NCBI GenBank assembly: GCA_963849115.1
Contig: CAWKGK010000004.1
Coordinates: 49,204 to 113,203 of the forward strand
Length of the DNA: 64,000 nt
Direction of reading: 5' to 3'
Origin: an uncultured Actinomycetes bacterium
Lineage (GTDB): Bacteria > Actinomycetota > CADDZG01 > WHSQ01
The notes under the pieces: model-generated
What the model was told of the DNA's origin: nothing
Seen by the model: only the letters and a program-made list of their open reading frames with translations
Database searches by the model: none
Shown: positions 18,588 through 26,896 of the stretch, in pieces
Numbering within the stretch: position 1 is the first letter of the stretch
Layout of the letters: every line of letters starts with the position of its first letter
Program-made: the position numbers and the translations under genes

Positions 18588-19347
18588 GCTGGTAAGGCGC
18601 GGATTGGCAGCCTCGCGCGCCGAGGCGAGGCGCGCGATCGAGGCGGGTGAGGTGTTGGTGGGCGGGCTGCCCGCAACCAAGCCCGCGGCCCTCGTTCGTA
18701 GAGAGCAGAACCTCTCTCTGGCCCGCTCGGAGCCGTCGTTCGTGTCGCGCGGCGGGGACAAGCTCGACGGCGCACTGGCTTGCTTCGACGTGGAAGTGGA
18801 GGGCCGCGTATGGCTCGACGCGGGGGCCTCCACGGGAGGCTTCACCGACCGCCTCCTGCGAGGGGGTGCCGCGGGCGTGATCGCGGTTGACGTGGGCTAC
18901 GGCCAGCTCGACTGGCGTCTACGCAACGACGCCAGGGTGACGGTGCTGGAGCGGGTCAATGTCCGTCACCTTCGGGCTTCAGACCTGGCCCTGAGGCCCG
19001 AGGGAGTGGTGGCCGACCTCTCCTTCATCTCGCTCACACTCGTGCTGCCGGCGCTCGCTGCGGTTGCGGGTCCCCGCGCCGACTACGTCCTGCTGGTCAA
19101 GCCTCAGTTCGAAGTCGGCAGAAAAGCCGTTCCCAGAGGGGGAGTGGTAAGGGACCCAGACCTGTGGCGGGCCGCGCTCGACCAAGTGGTGGCGAGTGCG
19201 GGGGAGCTCGGGCTGGGGGTGGCGGGAGTCGTGCCGGCCACTCCGCCGGGGCCTGCGGGCAACCGGGAGTTCTTCGTGCATCTGAGGAGCGGCGCCGTCA
19301 GTGACGAACAGTCCCTGGAGCGGGCGGTGGGGGAGGCGGCGCGGTGA
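18559..19347 (+). CDS. tlyA: TlyA family 16S/23S rRNA (cytidine-2'-O)-methyltransferase
   Basis: S4-like N-terminus RLDTELVRRGLAASRAEARRAIEAGEVLV and an FtsJ-type GASTGGFTD motif. Confidence 0.85.
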   Translation: MTKPLRLDTELVRRGLAASRAEARRAIEAGEVLVGGLPATKPAALVRREQNLSLARSEPSFVSRGGDKLDGALACFDVEVEGRVWLDAGASTGGFTDRLLRGGAAGVIAVDVGYGQLDWRLRNDARVTVLERVNVRHLRASDLALRPEGVVADLSFISLTLVLPALAAVAGPRADYVLLVKPQFEVGRKAVPRGGVVRDPDLWRAALDQVVASAGELGLGVAGVVPATPPGPAGNREFFVHLRSGAVSDEQSLERAVGEAAR

Positions 19348-20129
19348 TCGGCCGGGTCGCCATCGTGGTCCACAGCGGCAACCCCCGCAGCGTAGAGCTC
19401 GCCTCGGAGCTTGCCGGCTGGCTGTCGCGGCGCGGAATCGAGGTCGTCGAAGAGCGGCCCAACCTGGTCCTCGCATTGGGAGGCGATGGCACCATGCTGC
19501 GGGCCGCACGCCTCGCTCACAAAGAGGACGCGCTCGTGCTCGGAGTCAACTTCGGCTCGCTCGGCTACCTGCCGGAGGTCGAGGCGGGCGATGAGATCAA
19601 GGCTCTGGAACGGGTCTTCGACGGCGCCCACGGAATCGAAGAGCGCATGATGCTGTTGTGCGAGCACGGGGCCGAGCACTACATCGGTCTGAACGAGGTC
19701 CTGGTCGAGCGCTCCTCCCGGCGCCGGCTCGTCCGCCTCGCCGTGAGAATCGGAGGAGAGCACCTCTCCACCTTCAATGCCGACGGCGTCATCGTCGCCA
19801 CCCCCACCGGTTCGACCGCCTACGCGCTCAGTGCAGGAGGCCCGATAGTCGATCCCCGCGCCCCCTGCCTTCTCGTGGTCCCGGTGAGTCCGCACATGAT
19901 CTTCTCGCGCCCCTTGGTTCTCCATCCCGACCAAGTTATCGAGATCATCGTCGACGAAGAGGGCCTGAGCGCGGCCCTGTCCCTCGATGGTGCGCTGGGC
20001 TGCGACCTCGACCCGGGGGCGCGGCTGGTGGTGCGCAGGCACCCCCGTCCGCTCAAGCTGGTCAAGTTGTCGGGACCGGCTTTCATCGAGCGGCTGAGGG
20101 CCAAATTGAACCTGCCCGATCAGACCTGA
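19344..20129 (+). CDS. nadK: NAD kinase
   Basis: GGDGTML motif and TPTGSTAYALSAGGPIV. GTGA overlap with the tlyA stop. Confidence 0.9.
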   Translation: MIGRVAIVVHSGNPRSVELASELAGWLSRRGIEVVEERPNLVLALGGDGTMLRAARLAHKEDALVLGVNFGSLGYLPEVEAGDEIKALERVFDGAHGIEERMMLLCEHGAEHYIGLNEVLVERSSRRRLVRLAVRIGGEHLSTFNADGVIVATPTGSTAYALSAGGPIVDPRAPCLLVVPVSPHMIFSRPLVLHPDQVIEIIVDEEGLSAALSLDGALGCDLDPGARLVVRRHPRPLKLVKLSGPAFIERLRAKLNLPDQT

Positions 20130-20171
20130 GCCCGGCGGTCCTGGCCCTCGGCTGGGGGGCGAACGCGAACC

Positions 20172-20238
20172 GAGTGCACTCACCCACGAAAATGCGTGGG
20201 TAAACGCACACCGTGTGCATTTCCCACGCTGGGCACAC
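20172..20238. promoter_or_regulatory. cluster of three adjacent palindromes plus composite half-sites upstream of recN
   Basis: GAGTGCACTC (20172-81). ACCCACG-N6-CGTGGGT (20182-20201). GCACAC-C-GTGTGC (20206-18). Then CCCACGctggGCACAC (20223-38). Confidence 0.4.
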
Positions 20239-20330
20239 TGGACATTCGCCACCGTCACAATGGGGCGGGGGGAGGACCCAGGGCCGGGTGCGGGGCGATA
20301 GAGGGGGGCGCAGCTTAGGATTTTGCCCAC

Positions 20331-22001
20331 ATGCTGACTGAATTGGTGGTGGAGAGCGTGGGCGTGATCAAGCACGCCGAGCTGACCCTCGACGACGGCT
20401 CCTGCGCCCTGACCGGGGAGACCGGAGCGGGAAAGACGCTGCTGGTGGCGGCCGTCGCCCTGCTCCTGGGAGCGCGCGCCGACCGCACGCTGGTGCGCAC
20501 AGGCGCCTCCCGCGCGGTGGTTGAGGGCCGCTTCTTGTTGCCTCCTGATCACCCGGTCGTGGCTCGGCTCGTCGCCGAGGACCTGCTCGAGCATGCTCCT
20601 GTGAGTGAGGCCGAGGTGGTCGTGTCGCGCTTGATCACCCCCGACGGCAGGGGGCGGGCGCGCATCAACGGACGGCTCGTCACCGTCGCCCTGCTGGCGC
20701 AGGTGTCGGGCGCTCTGGTCGAGATCGCAGGCCAGTCGGAGCACGGTCGGATCAACAGCGGCAGCGAACAGAGGCGGCTGTTGGACGCCTTCGCGGGCAC
20801 AACCAAAGCGGCCGCCGTTCTGGCGGCCGCGGTTCGACGTGCCGCAGAGATAGAGCGTCGTCTCGACTCCGCCCGCGCCGGGGCCCGCTCCCGCCGGCGC
20901 GAGCTCGACGTCACCGAGTACGAGGTCGCTGAGATCGAGGAGGCCTCTCTGGTGGTGGGCGAGCTGGAGCAGCTCCACACCCATGCCGCCCGGCTGGAAC
21001 GGGCGGAGAAGGTTGCATCCGCCCTGCAAGACGCAGTCGAGGAGCTACGCGGCGAGGGGGGCGCCGTAGACAGAGCGAGTTCGGCCCGAGCTGCAGTGGA
21101 GGCGGTGCAAGGGCAGGACCCTGGGCTTCAGGCCATCGGCGAGCGTCTCGCCTCCTGCGCCCTGGAGCTGGAGGACAGTGCGCAGGAGCTGCGCGCGTTG
21201 ATGCTCGAGCCCGACCCGCGCGCGCTCGAACAGACCAACACCCGGCGTGCGGTCATCGGCCGCCTGTTGCGCAAGTACGGCGAGGACGAAGCCGAGGTGC
21301 TGGCCTACCTCGAACGGGCGCGCACTCGAGCCGGCGAGCTGTCTGCCACCGAGGCGGGCCTCTCGGACCTGGAGGCCCAGCTCGATGCCGCCCGGCTTCA
21401 GGCACAGACTGAGGCGGCCGGCCTCGCCGTCGCCAGGCTCTCGGCCGCACCCAAGCTGGCGCGTGCAGTCGAGGGCGAGCTGGCCTCGCTGGCCCTCGAG
21501 GGTGCAAGCTTCCACGTCCGGCTAGAGCCACAGGAGCTGGGCGAAGCAGGGACCGAACGAGTTTCCTTCGAGCTCGCCGCCAACTCGGGGGAGGCCCTCA
21601 AGCCACTTTCCAAAGTCGCTTCAGGCGGCGAGCTTTCCCGCATTGCATTGGCGCTGCACCTGGTGGTACGCCGGCGAGGGGCGCCCACCATGATCTTCGA
21701 CGAGGTCGATGCGGGCGTGGGAGGAAAGGCCGCGCTCGCAGTCGGCAGGGCACTCGCCGAGCTTGCGCGCAGCAGCGGGGCGCAGGTCCTCATGGTCACC
21801 CACCTGCCCCAGGTCGCGGCCTTCGCTGAGGCTCACTACCGCGTCGCCTCCTCGGATGAGGGGGCCATAGTCGCGCGTGTCGAGGCCTCCGAACGCGTTG
21901 CGGAGCTCTCCCGCATGCTGGCCGGCCTGCCGGAAAGTGAACGCGCCCAGGAGCACGCGCAGGAGCTGCTGGCGCTGGCTTCGGCCTCTGAAGCGCGGTG
22001 A
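20331..22001 (+). CDS. recN: DNA repair protein RecN
   Basis: N-terminal Walker A GETGAGKT, long coiled-coil, C-terminal ASGGELSRIALAL and MIFDEVDAGVGG. Confidence 0.95.
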   Translation: MLTELVVESVGVIKHAELTLDDGSCALTGETGAGKTLLVAAVALLLGARADRTLVRTGASRAVVEGRFLLPPDHPVVARLVAEDLLEHAPVSEAEVVVSRLITPDGRGRARINGRLVTVALLAQVSGALVEIAGQSEHGRINSGSEQRRLLDAFAGTTKAAAVLAAAVRRAAEIERRLDSARAGARSRRRELDVTEYEVAEIEEASLVVGELEQLHTHAARLERAEKVASALQDAVEELRGEGGAVDRASSARAAVEAVQGQDPGLQAIGERLASCALELEDSAQELRALMLEPDPRALEQTNTRRAVIGRLLRKYGEDEAEVLAYLERARTRAGELSATEAGLSDLEAQLDAARLQAQTEAAGLAVARLSAAPKLARAVEGELASLALEGASFHVRLEPQELGEAGTERVSFELAANSGEALKPLSKVASGGELSRIALALHLVVRRRGAPTMIFDEVDAGVGGKAALAVGRALAELARSSGAQVLMVTHLPQVAAFAEAHYRVASSDEGAIVARVEASERVAELSRMLAGLPESERAQEHAQELLALASASEAR

Positions 22002-22043
22002 CGGCCTCGCTCTGGAATCACTTTTTTCGCCCGAGGACCCGGT

Positions 22044-23240
22044 GTGAGAGCTCGTAAGCGGATCCCATCCAGGAGCCTGGCCGTGCCCGGAAGTCCTAGC
22101 GGCATCGCCCGGGTGGACACGCGCACCAAGAGGCTCCTGTCGCGACTTCATCCCGGTGAGATCGCAATAATCGACCACGAGGACCTTGATCGTGTGTCCG
22201 CAGAAGGCCTCATCTCACGCCAGGTGGGCGCCGTGGTCAACGCTTCCCGCTCCAGCACCGGACGTTATCCGAACCTCGGCCCCCTGCTGCTGCGCACCGC
22301 CGGCATCCCCCTGCTGGACGAAGCCGGGCCTGCCGTCATGCAGTTGATCGAGGGCACCAGGGTGCATCTCGACGGCTCCAAGCTCTTCAGCGAGCTGGAC
22401 GGCAGGGTGGCTGAGGTCTCGCGCGGCCGCCTGCTCGAGCTCGAGGACGTCGAAGAACAGCTCGACGCAGCCAAACGAGGCATCGCCGCCGAGATCGAGC
22501 GCTTCGCCGAGAACACCATCGAATACATCCGCAACGAGCGCGAGGTGCTGGTCGAGGCCGCTCGGCTGCCCCACGTAATGGCCGACTTCCACGGCCGTCA
22601 TGTTCTGATTGTGGTACGCGGCCAGGACTACAAGGACGACCTCGTCGCGTTGCGCCCTTACGTCCGCGAGGTCAAGCCTGTGTTGATCGGCGTGGACGGG
22701 GGGGCCGACGCCCTGCTCGAGTTCGGATTCAGCCCCGACATCATCATCGGGGACATGGACTCGGTCACTACCAAGGGGCTACTGTCGGGAGCGGAGCTCA
22801 TCGTGCATGCCTATGCCGGCGGTAAGGCTCCCGGCCTCGAGAGGATTGAGGCCCTGGAGCTCAAGAGCGTCGTGTTCGAGGCCCCCGGTACCTCAGAGGA
22901 CATCGCCATGCTGCTCGCCTACGAGCGGGGGGCCGAGCTCATCGTGGCGGTCGGCACCCACGCGAGCCTCATCGATTACATGGACAAGGGCCGCAAGGGA
23001 ATGGCGTCCACGTTTCTGACGCGGCTGCGGGTGGGCACGATCCTGGTCGACGCCAAGGGAGTGAGCCGCCTCTACCGGGCATCCGTCAAGCGCAGCGACC
23101 TGCTGCTGCTGCTCCTTGTGGCTCTGGCCACCCTCGCCGCCTCGGTAGCGCTGTCCGAGCCCCTGCGGCTCTACGTGGGGCTCATCTGGATCGAGATCAC
23201 GCAGGTGTGGTTCTCGCTGCTGCGAGGCCTGCCCGGATGA
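22044..23240 (+). CDS. steA: putative cytokinetic ring protein SteA (Rv1697-like, thiamine pyrophosphokinase-like domain)
   Basis: GIARVDTRTKRLLSRLHPGEIAIIDHEDLDR ... NASRSSTGRYPNLGP pattern, a C-terminal TM helix, and position after recN. Confidence 0.75.
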   Translation: MRARKRIPSRSLAVPGSPSGIARVDTRTKRLLSRLHPGEIAIIDHEDLDRVSAEGLISRQVGAVVNASRSSTGRYPNLGPLLLRTAGIPLLDEAGPAVMQLIEGTRVHLDGSKLFSELDGRVAEVSRGRLLELEDVEEQLDAAKRGIAAEIERFAENTIEYIRNEREVLVEAARLPHVMADFHGRHVLIVVRGQDYKDDLVALRPYVREVKPVLIGVDGGADALLEFGFSPDIIIGDMDSVTTKGLLSGAELIVHAYAGGKAPGLERIEALELKSVVFEAPGTSEDIAMLLAYERGAELIVAVGTHASLIDYMDKGRKGMASTFLTRLRVGTILVDAKGVSRLYRASVKRSDLLLLLLVALATLAASVALSEPLRLYVGLIWIEITQVWFSLLRGLPG

Positions 23241-24157
23241 TCGACTTCCGCTACCACCTCATTTCGATCATCGCAGTGCTGCTCGCGCTCAGCATCGGCA
23301 TCGTGACGGGGTCGGGGTTTCTCGGGGGCCGTCTATTGCAGGAGGTGAGGAGCGCGGCCCGGCGGGTGGCCGATCGGAATCAAACGCTGAGGCTGGAGAA
23401 CGCCGAGGTGACCGAGAGAGCCGAGGCTGCGGAGACGGCGCTCGAGGCGCTCGAGCCGGGGCTCTTGGACGGGGCCCTGTTGGCCCGCAGAGTCATGATG
23501 CTGGAGTTCGAGGGAGCCGACGACGACTCCACGGGCCAGGTAAGGGCGGCGGTGGAGAGGGCCGGGGGCCAGGTCGCCGGGGTCGTTCGTTTTGAGGAGA
23601 GCCTCACCCTCGAGGACGAAACCACGCGAGCAGAGCTCGCCGCGTTGCTGGACCGCGCAGGAGGGACGGCGGCCGACCTCCAACTGGCCCTCGCCGATAC
23701 CCTCGGCCGGGCGCTCAACCAGGCCGCGTCGGCACGTGATTCGGGCGACCAGGCGGGGCTGCAGGATCTGCTCACGGGACTCGAGGGCACCGGTTTGCTG
23801 GCCACGGAGAACCTCCCGGTCATCCTTGCTTCGGGCACCTACTTCGTGGTCGCCGGTGGAGCAGTCCCCGAGCCGGCCTGGCCGGTTGCCGACTTCACCG
23901 TCACGATGGCCCAGAGGCTCGCCGAGCGAGAGGGTGGGGTGGCGGTGGTCGAACCGACCCAGAGCACTTGGGATCTGGTAGGCGCCGTGCGTCGAAACGG
24001 CGCCACCCAGGCGGTCGTGTGGACCGTGGACAATTCCGACACCGTCCTGGGTCGCGTCGCGTCGGTCCTCGTCCTCGAGCGGGCCGGGAGCCGTCCCGCT
24101 AATCACTACGGCACACAGCCCGGCGCCTCGGCGGTGGTTCCCGGCCCCGAGCCGTGA
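23237..24157 (+). CDS. MctB/SteB-like copper transporter family membrane protein (Rv1698-like)
   Basis: MIDFRYHLISIIAVLLALSIGIVTG N-terminus typical of this family. ATGA overlap with steA. Confidence 0.7.
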   Translation: MIDFRYHLISIIAVLLALSIGIVTGSGFLGGRLLQEVRSAARRVADRNQTLRLENAEVTERAEAAETALEALEPGLLDGALLARRVMMLEFEGADDDSTGQVRAAVERAGGQVAGVVRFEESLTLEDETTRAELAALLDRAGGTAADLQLALADTLGRALNQAASARDSGDQAGLQDLLTGLEGTGLLATENLPVILASGTYFVVAGGAVPEPAWPVADFTVTMAQRLAEREGGVAVVEPTQSTWDLVGAVRRNGATQAVVWTVDNSDTVLGRVASVLVLERAGSRPANHYGTQPGASAVVPGPEP

Positions 24158-24194
24158 TGCGGGATCTCATTTCACTACCTGCGATGCCCTCGAG

Positions 24195-25799
24195 GTGACG
24201 CTCACGAACGGCCCCTCATTGGCACGCGGCGCGGCCGCCATAACGATCGCGGCCACGCTGTCGCGCCTCACCGGCTTCGTGCGGGTGATCGTAGTGGCCG
24301 CGGCCATGGGGACCACTTATCTAGCCAACACCTATCAGACTGCAAACAGCGCTCCGAATCTGCTATTCGAACTTCTCGCCGCGGGGGTGCTCACGTCGGT
24401 CTTCGTCCCCACGTTCGTCGATTACCTCACCAAGGGCCAGGCCGGCGCCGCGTGGCGGGCGGCCGATGCGTTGACCTCGATTGCAATCGCAGCCCTCGCC
24501 ATCGTGGCCGTGCTGCTGGCGCTGATGGCGCCGCTGCTCATGCGTCTGCTCACCGTGGGTGTCGAGCAGGAGGAGGTCCGCGCCGCAGAGATCGCCCTCG
24601 GGTCCGACCTGCTTCGTTTGTTCGCTCCCCAAGTGGTCTTCTATGGACTGGGCATGATCATGACCGCGGCCCTGCACGCCCACCGGCGCTTCGCCCTGGC
24701 GGCCGCGGCCCCCATTGTCAACAACCTCGTGGTGTCGTGCGTGTATCTCACCTACGCGGCAATGCGCGCGGGCCAGGAACCTTCCCTCGAAGGTATCGGC
24801 GGGGCAGAGACCCTCGTGTTGGGGGCGGGCACGACTCTCGGCGTGGTGTTGATGACCGCGATCTTGGCCCCACAGCTCTATTCGCTGGGGTGGCGCCCTC
24901 GGTGGCGCTGGGAGCCCCGCCATCCTGCGGTCGGAAAGGCCGCTCGCCTCGGGTTCTGGGCGCTCGGTTACGCGGGGAGTTACCAGGCCGGGCTCATCGT
25001 GGTGCTGCTGTTGGCCAACCGGATCGAGGGCGGGGTAGCCGCATACCAGTGGGCTTTCACGTTCTTCTATGTCCCCCATACGATCCTCGGCATTGCCATC
25101 TTCAACGTGCTGTTTCCGGCCCTGGCCGAGCTCGCGGCGAAAGGGGACGAGGCCGGGTTCACCAGGCGTTTGACCGAGGGCTCCGAGATGCTTGCATTCG
25201 TGTTGCTCCCGGTGGCGGTGCTGCTGGTCGTGTCGGGAGATGCGATCGCTCAGAGCGTCCTGCGCTTCGGCGCCATGACCACCGCGGGGGCGGAGCTGGT
25301 GGGCCGGACGCTTCAGGCCTTCGGCTTCGGGCTGCCGGCCTACTCGGGCTTTCTGGCACTCAGCAGGGCGTTCTACGCGCGCGGCGATGCGCGCACCCCG
25401 GCGCTCGTGAACGCGCTTGCCATAACGGTAGCTGCAGTCTCTGGAGCCGTCATGTTCCTTGCGCTCCCCGACGCCTGGGCCGTCCCAGGACTGGCGGCCG
25501 GACACTCCCTCGGGTTTGCCGTTGCAGTCTTCCTGGGAGCTCGGCTCCTGCGCCGCCAGCTCCCGCTGAGCACGTGGACGACACCATCGATGAAAAGATC
25601 CGCGCTGGTGGCGGTGGCTGCGGCCCCTGTGATGCTGGTAGCGAGCGCCCTTGTTCCCGCGGGGCCCGGGCTCGAAGCTCCCCTGAGCTTCGTGGTAACC
25701 GCCCTGACCGGAGCGCTCGTCTACGCGGGGGCCATGCGGGCGCTCAAGGCGCGCGAGCTGAGTCTTCTTGCCTCGGTCCTCAGGCGAAACCCCTCATGA
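24195..25799 (+). CDS. murJ: lipid II flippase MurJ (MviN, MOP superfamily)
   Basis: SRLTGFVRVIVVAAAMGTTYLANTYQTANSAPNLLFELLAAGVLTSVFVP is a classic MurJ N-terminus. About 14 predicted TM segments. Confidence 0.85.
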   Translation: MTLTNGPSLARGAAAITIAATLSRLTGFVRVIVVAAAMGTTYLANTYQTANSAPNLLFELLAAGVLTSVFVPTFVDYLTKGQAGAAWRAADALTSIAIAALAIVAVLLALMAPLLMRLLTVGVEQEEVRAAEIALGSDLLRLFAPQVVFYGLGMIMTAALHAHRRFALAAAAPIVNNLVVSCVYLTYAAMRAGQEPSLEGIGGAETLVLGAGTTLGVVLMTAILAPQLYSLGWRPRWRWEPRHPAVGKAARLGFWALGYAGSYQAGLIVVLLLANRIEGGVAAYQWAFTFFYVPHTILGIAIFNVLFPALAELAAKGDEAGFTRRLTEGSEMLAFVLLPVAVLLVVSGDAIAQSVLRFGAMTTAGAELVGRTLQAFGFGLPAYSGFLALSRAFYARGDARTPALVNALAITVAAVSGAVMFLALPDAWAVPGLAAGHSLGFAVAVFLGARLLRRQLPLSTWTTPSMKRSALVAVAAAPVMLVASALVPAGPGLEAPLSFVVTALTGALVYAGAMRALKARELSLLASVLRRNPS

Positions 25800-26896
25800 C
25801 TACGAGAGTGCTGCAGGTCCTCGGCTACTCCACCGGAGGCATCGCACGCCACGTTGCAGACATCGTGCGGGCTCTGGATCAGACCCACGGGCTCGTAATC
25901 GATATCGCCGGGCCTGAAGACTTGGCCGTCGAGCTGCCCAAACCCCACTTCCCGGTGACCATCCCGAAAAGACTCTCGGGTCACGGGCGCGCAGCGGGGT
26001 CCTTGGCGCGCATGATCAAGGCCGCGGGCTACGACGTCGTTCACGCCCACGGGCTAACAGCCGGCATCGACGCCGGGCTTGCCCGGCGCAGGTCAGCTGC
26101 GTTGCACATCGCCAGCGTCCACAACATCCTCATCCCCGAGATCTCAGGGAGAACTCAGGCCCTGTTGTGTGGCCCCGCGGAAGGCCTCGTGGTTCGCCTG
26201 AACCACCGGGTGCTGGCGCCCTCCGAAGATATCGCCAGACGTCTGCAGCGCCGCGCCTCCTCTGCCGCGGGCCGCATCGAAGTGCTTCATCTCGGCGTCG
26301 GCGAGCCGCCCGCTCAGCTCCGGGACCGGGCCGAGGTGCGGCGCGAGCTCGGGGTCACGGGCTCAACGCGTCTCCTCGTGACCGTGGCGCGACTTGCTCC
26401 GCAGAAGGCGCTACACGTGTTGATCGAGGCGCTCTCCTCGCTCGGCGACACGGTCGCCGTGGTGGTTGGGGACGGGCGCTTGGACGAGGAGCTGAGAGCA
26501 CAGGCGAATGCCGCCGGCCTGGCCGACAGGATGCGGTGGCTCGGGGCGCTCACGGCGCCGTGGGACATCGTTGCAGCGGCCGATGTCTTCGTGCTGTCGT
26601 CCCATTGGGAGGCCTGCTCACTCGCGGCACAGGAGGCGATGGCGCTGGGGGTTCCGGTGGTCGCTACCAACGTCGGAGGCATGCCGGAGCTGATAGCGGA
26701 CGGCATCTCTGGTCGCCTCGTGCCCCCCGCCGACCCGGCCGCTCTGGCGCGAGGTCTGAGAGACACTCTCGACGATCCCTCTCGAGCGCGCGCTTACGCC
26801 GAGGCCGCCCGCCACAATTTGCGCCGCAACTTCTCCACCCAGCAGATGGTGGGGCGACTCAAGGACATCTATCTCGCCGCCGGCCGTGGCCGCTAG
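25796..26896 (+). CDS. GT-B fold glycosyltransferase (family 4 / RfaG-like)
   Basis: ATGA overlap with the murJ stop. C-terminal E-x7-E region SSHWEACSLAAQEAMALGVPVVATNVGGMPELI. Confidence 0.8.
   Translation: MTTRVLQVLGYSTGGIARHVADIVRALDQTHGLVIDIAGPEDLAVELPKPHFPVTIPKRLSGHGRAAGSLARMIKAAGYDVVHAHGLTAGIDAGLARRRSAALHIASVHNILIPEISGRTQALLCGPAEGLVVRLNHRVLAPSEDIARRLQRRASSAAGRIEVLHLGVGEPPAQLRDRAEVRRELGVTGSTRLLVTVARLAPQKALHVLIEALSSLGDTVAVVVGDGRLDEELRAQANAAGLADRMRWLGALTAPWDIVAAADVFVLSSHWEACSLAAQEAMALGVPVVATNVGGMPELIADGISGRLVPPADPAALARGLRDTLDDPSRARAYAEAARHNLRRNFSTQQMVGRLKDIYLAAGRGR

Noticed and set aside
20160-20171. CGAACGCGAACC upstream of recN as a LexA/Cheo box
   Set aside because: The two GAAC half-sites are direct, not inverted, and there is no GTTC partner. 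It does not fit GAAC-N4-GTTC.
19104-21029. 641-aa ORF on the minus strand
   Set aside because: It is antisense to nadK and recN, which have unmistakable motifs on the plus strand. Its translation is Arg/Gly/Pro-rich low complexity, typical of shadow ORFs in high-GC DNA.
24452-25795. 5' part of the 814-aa plus-strand ORF 24452..26896
   Set aside because: It is out of frame over murJ and Arg/Gly-rich. The glycosyltransferase sequence only starts at the ATG at 25796, which overlaps the murJ stop.
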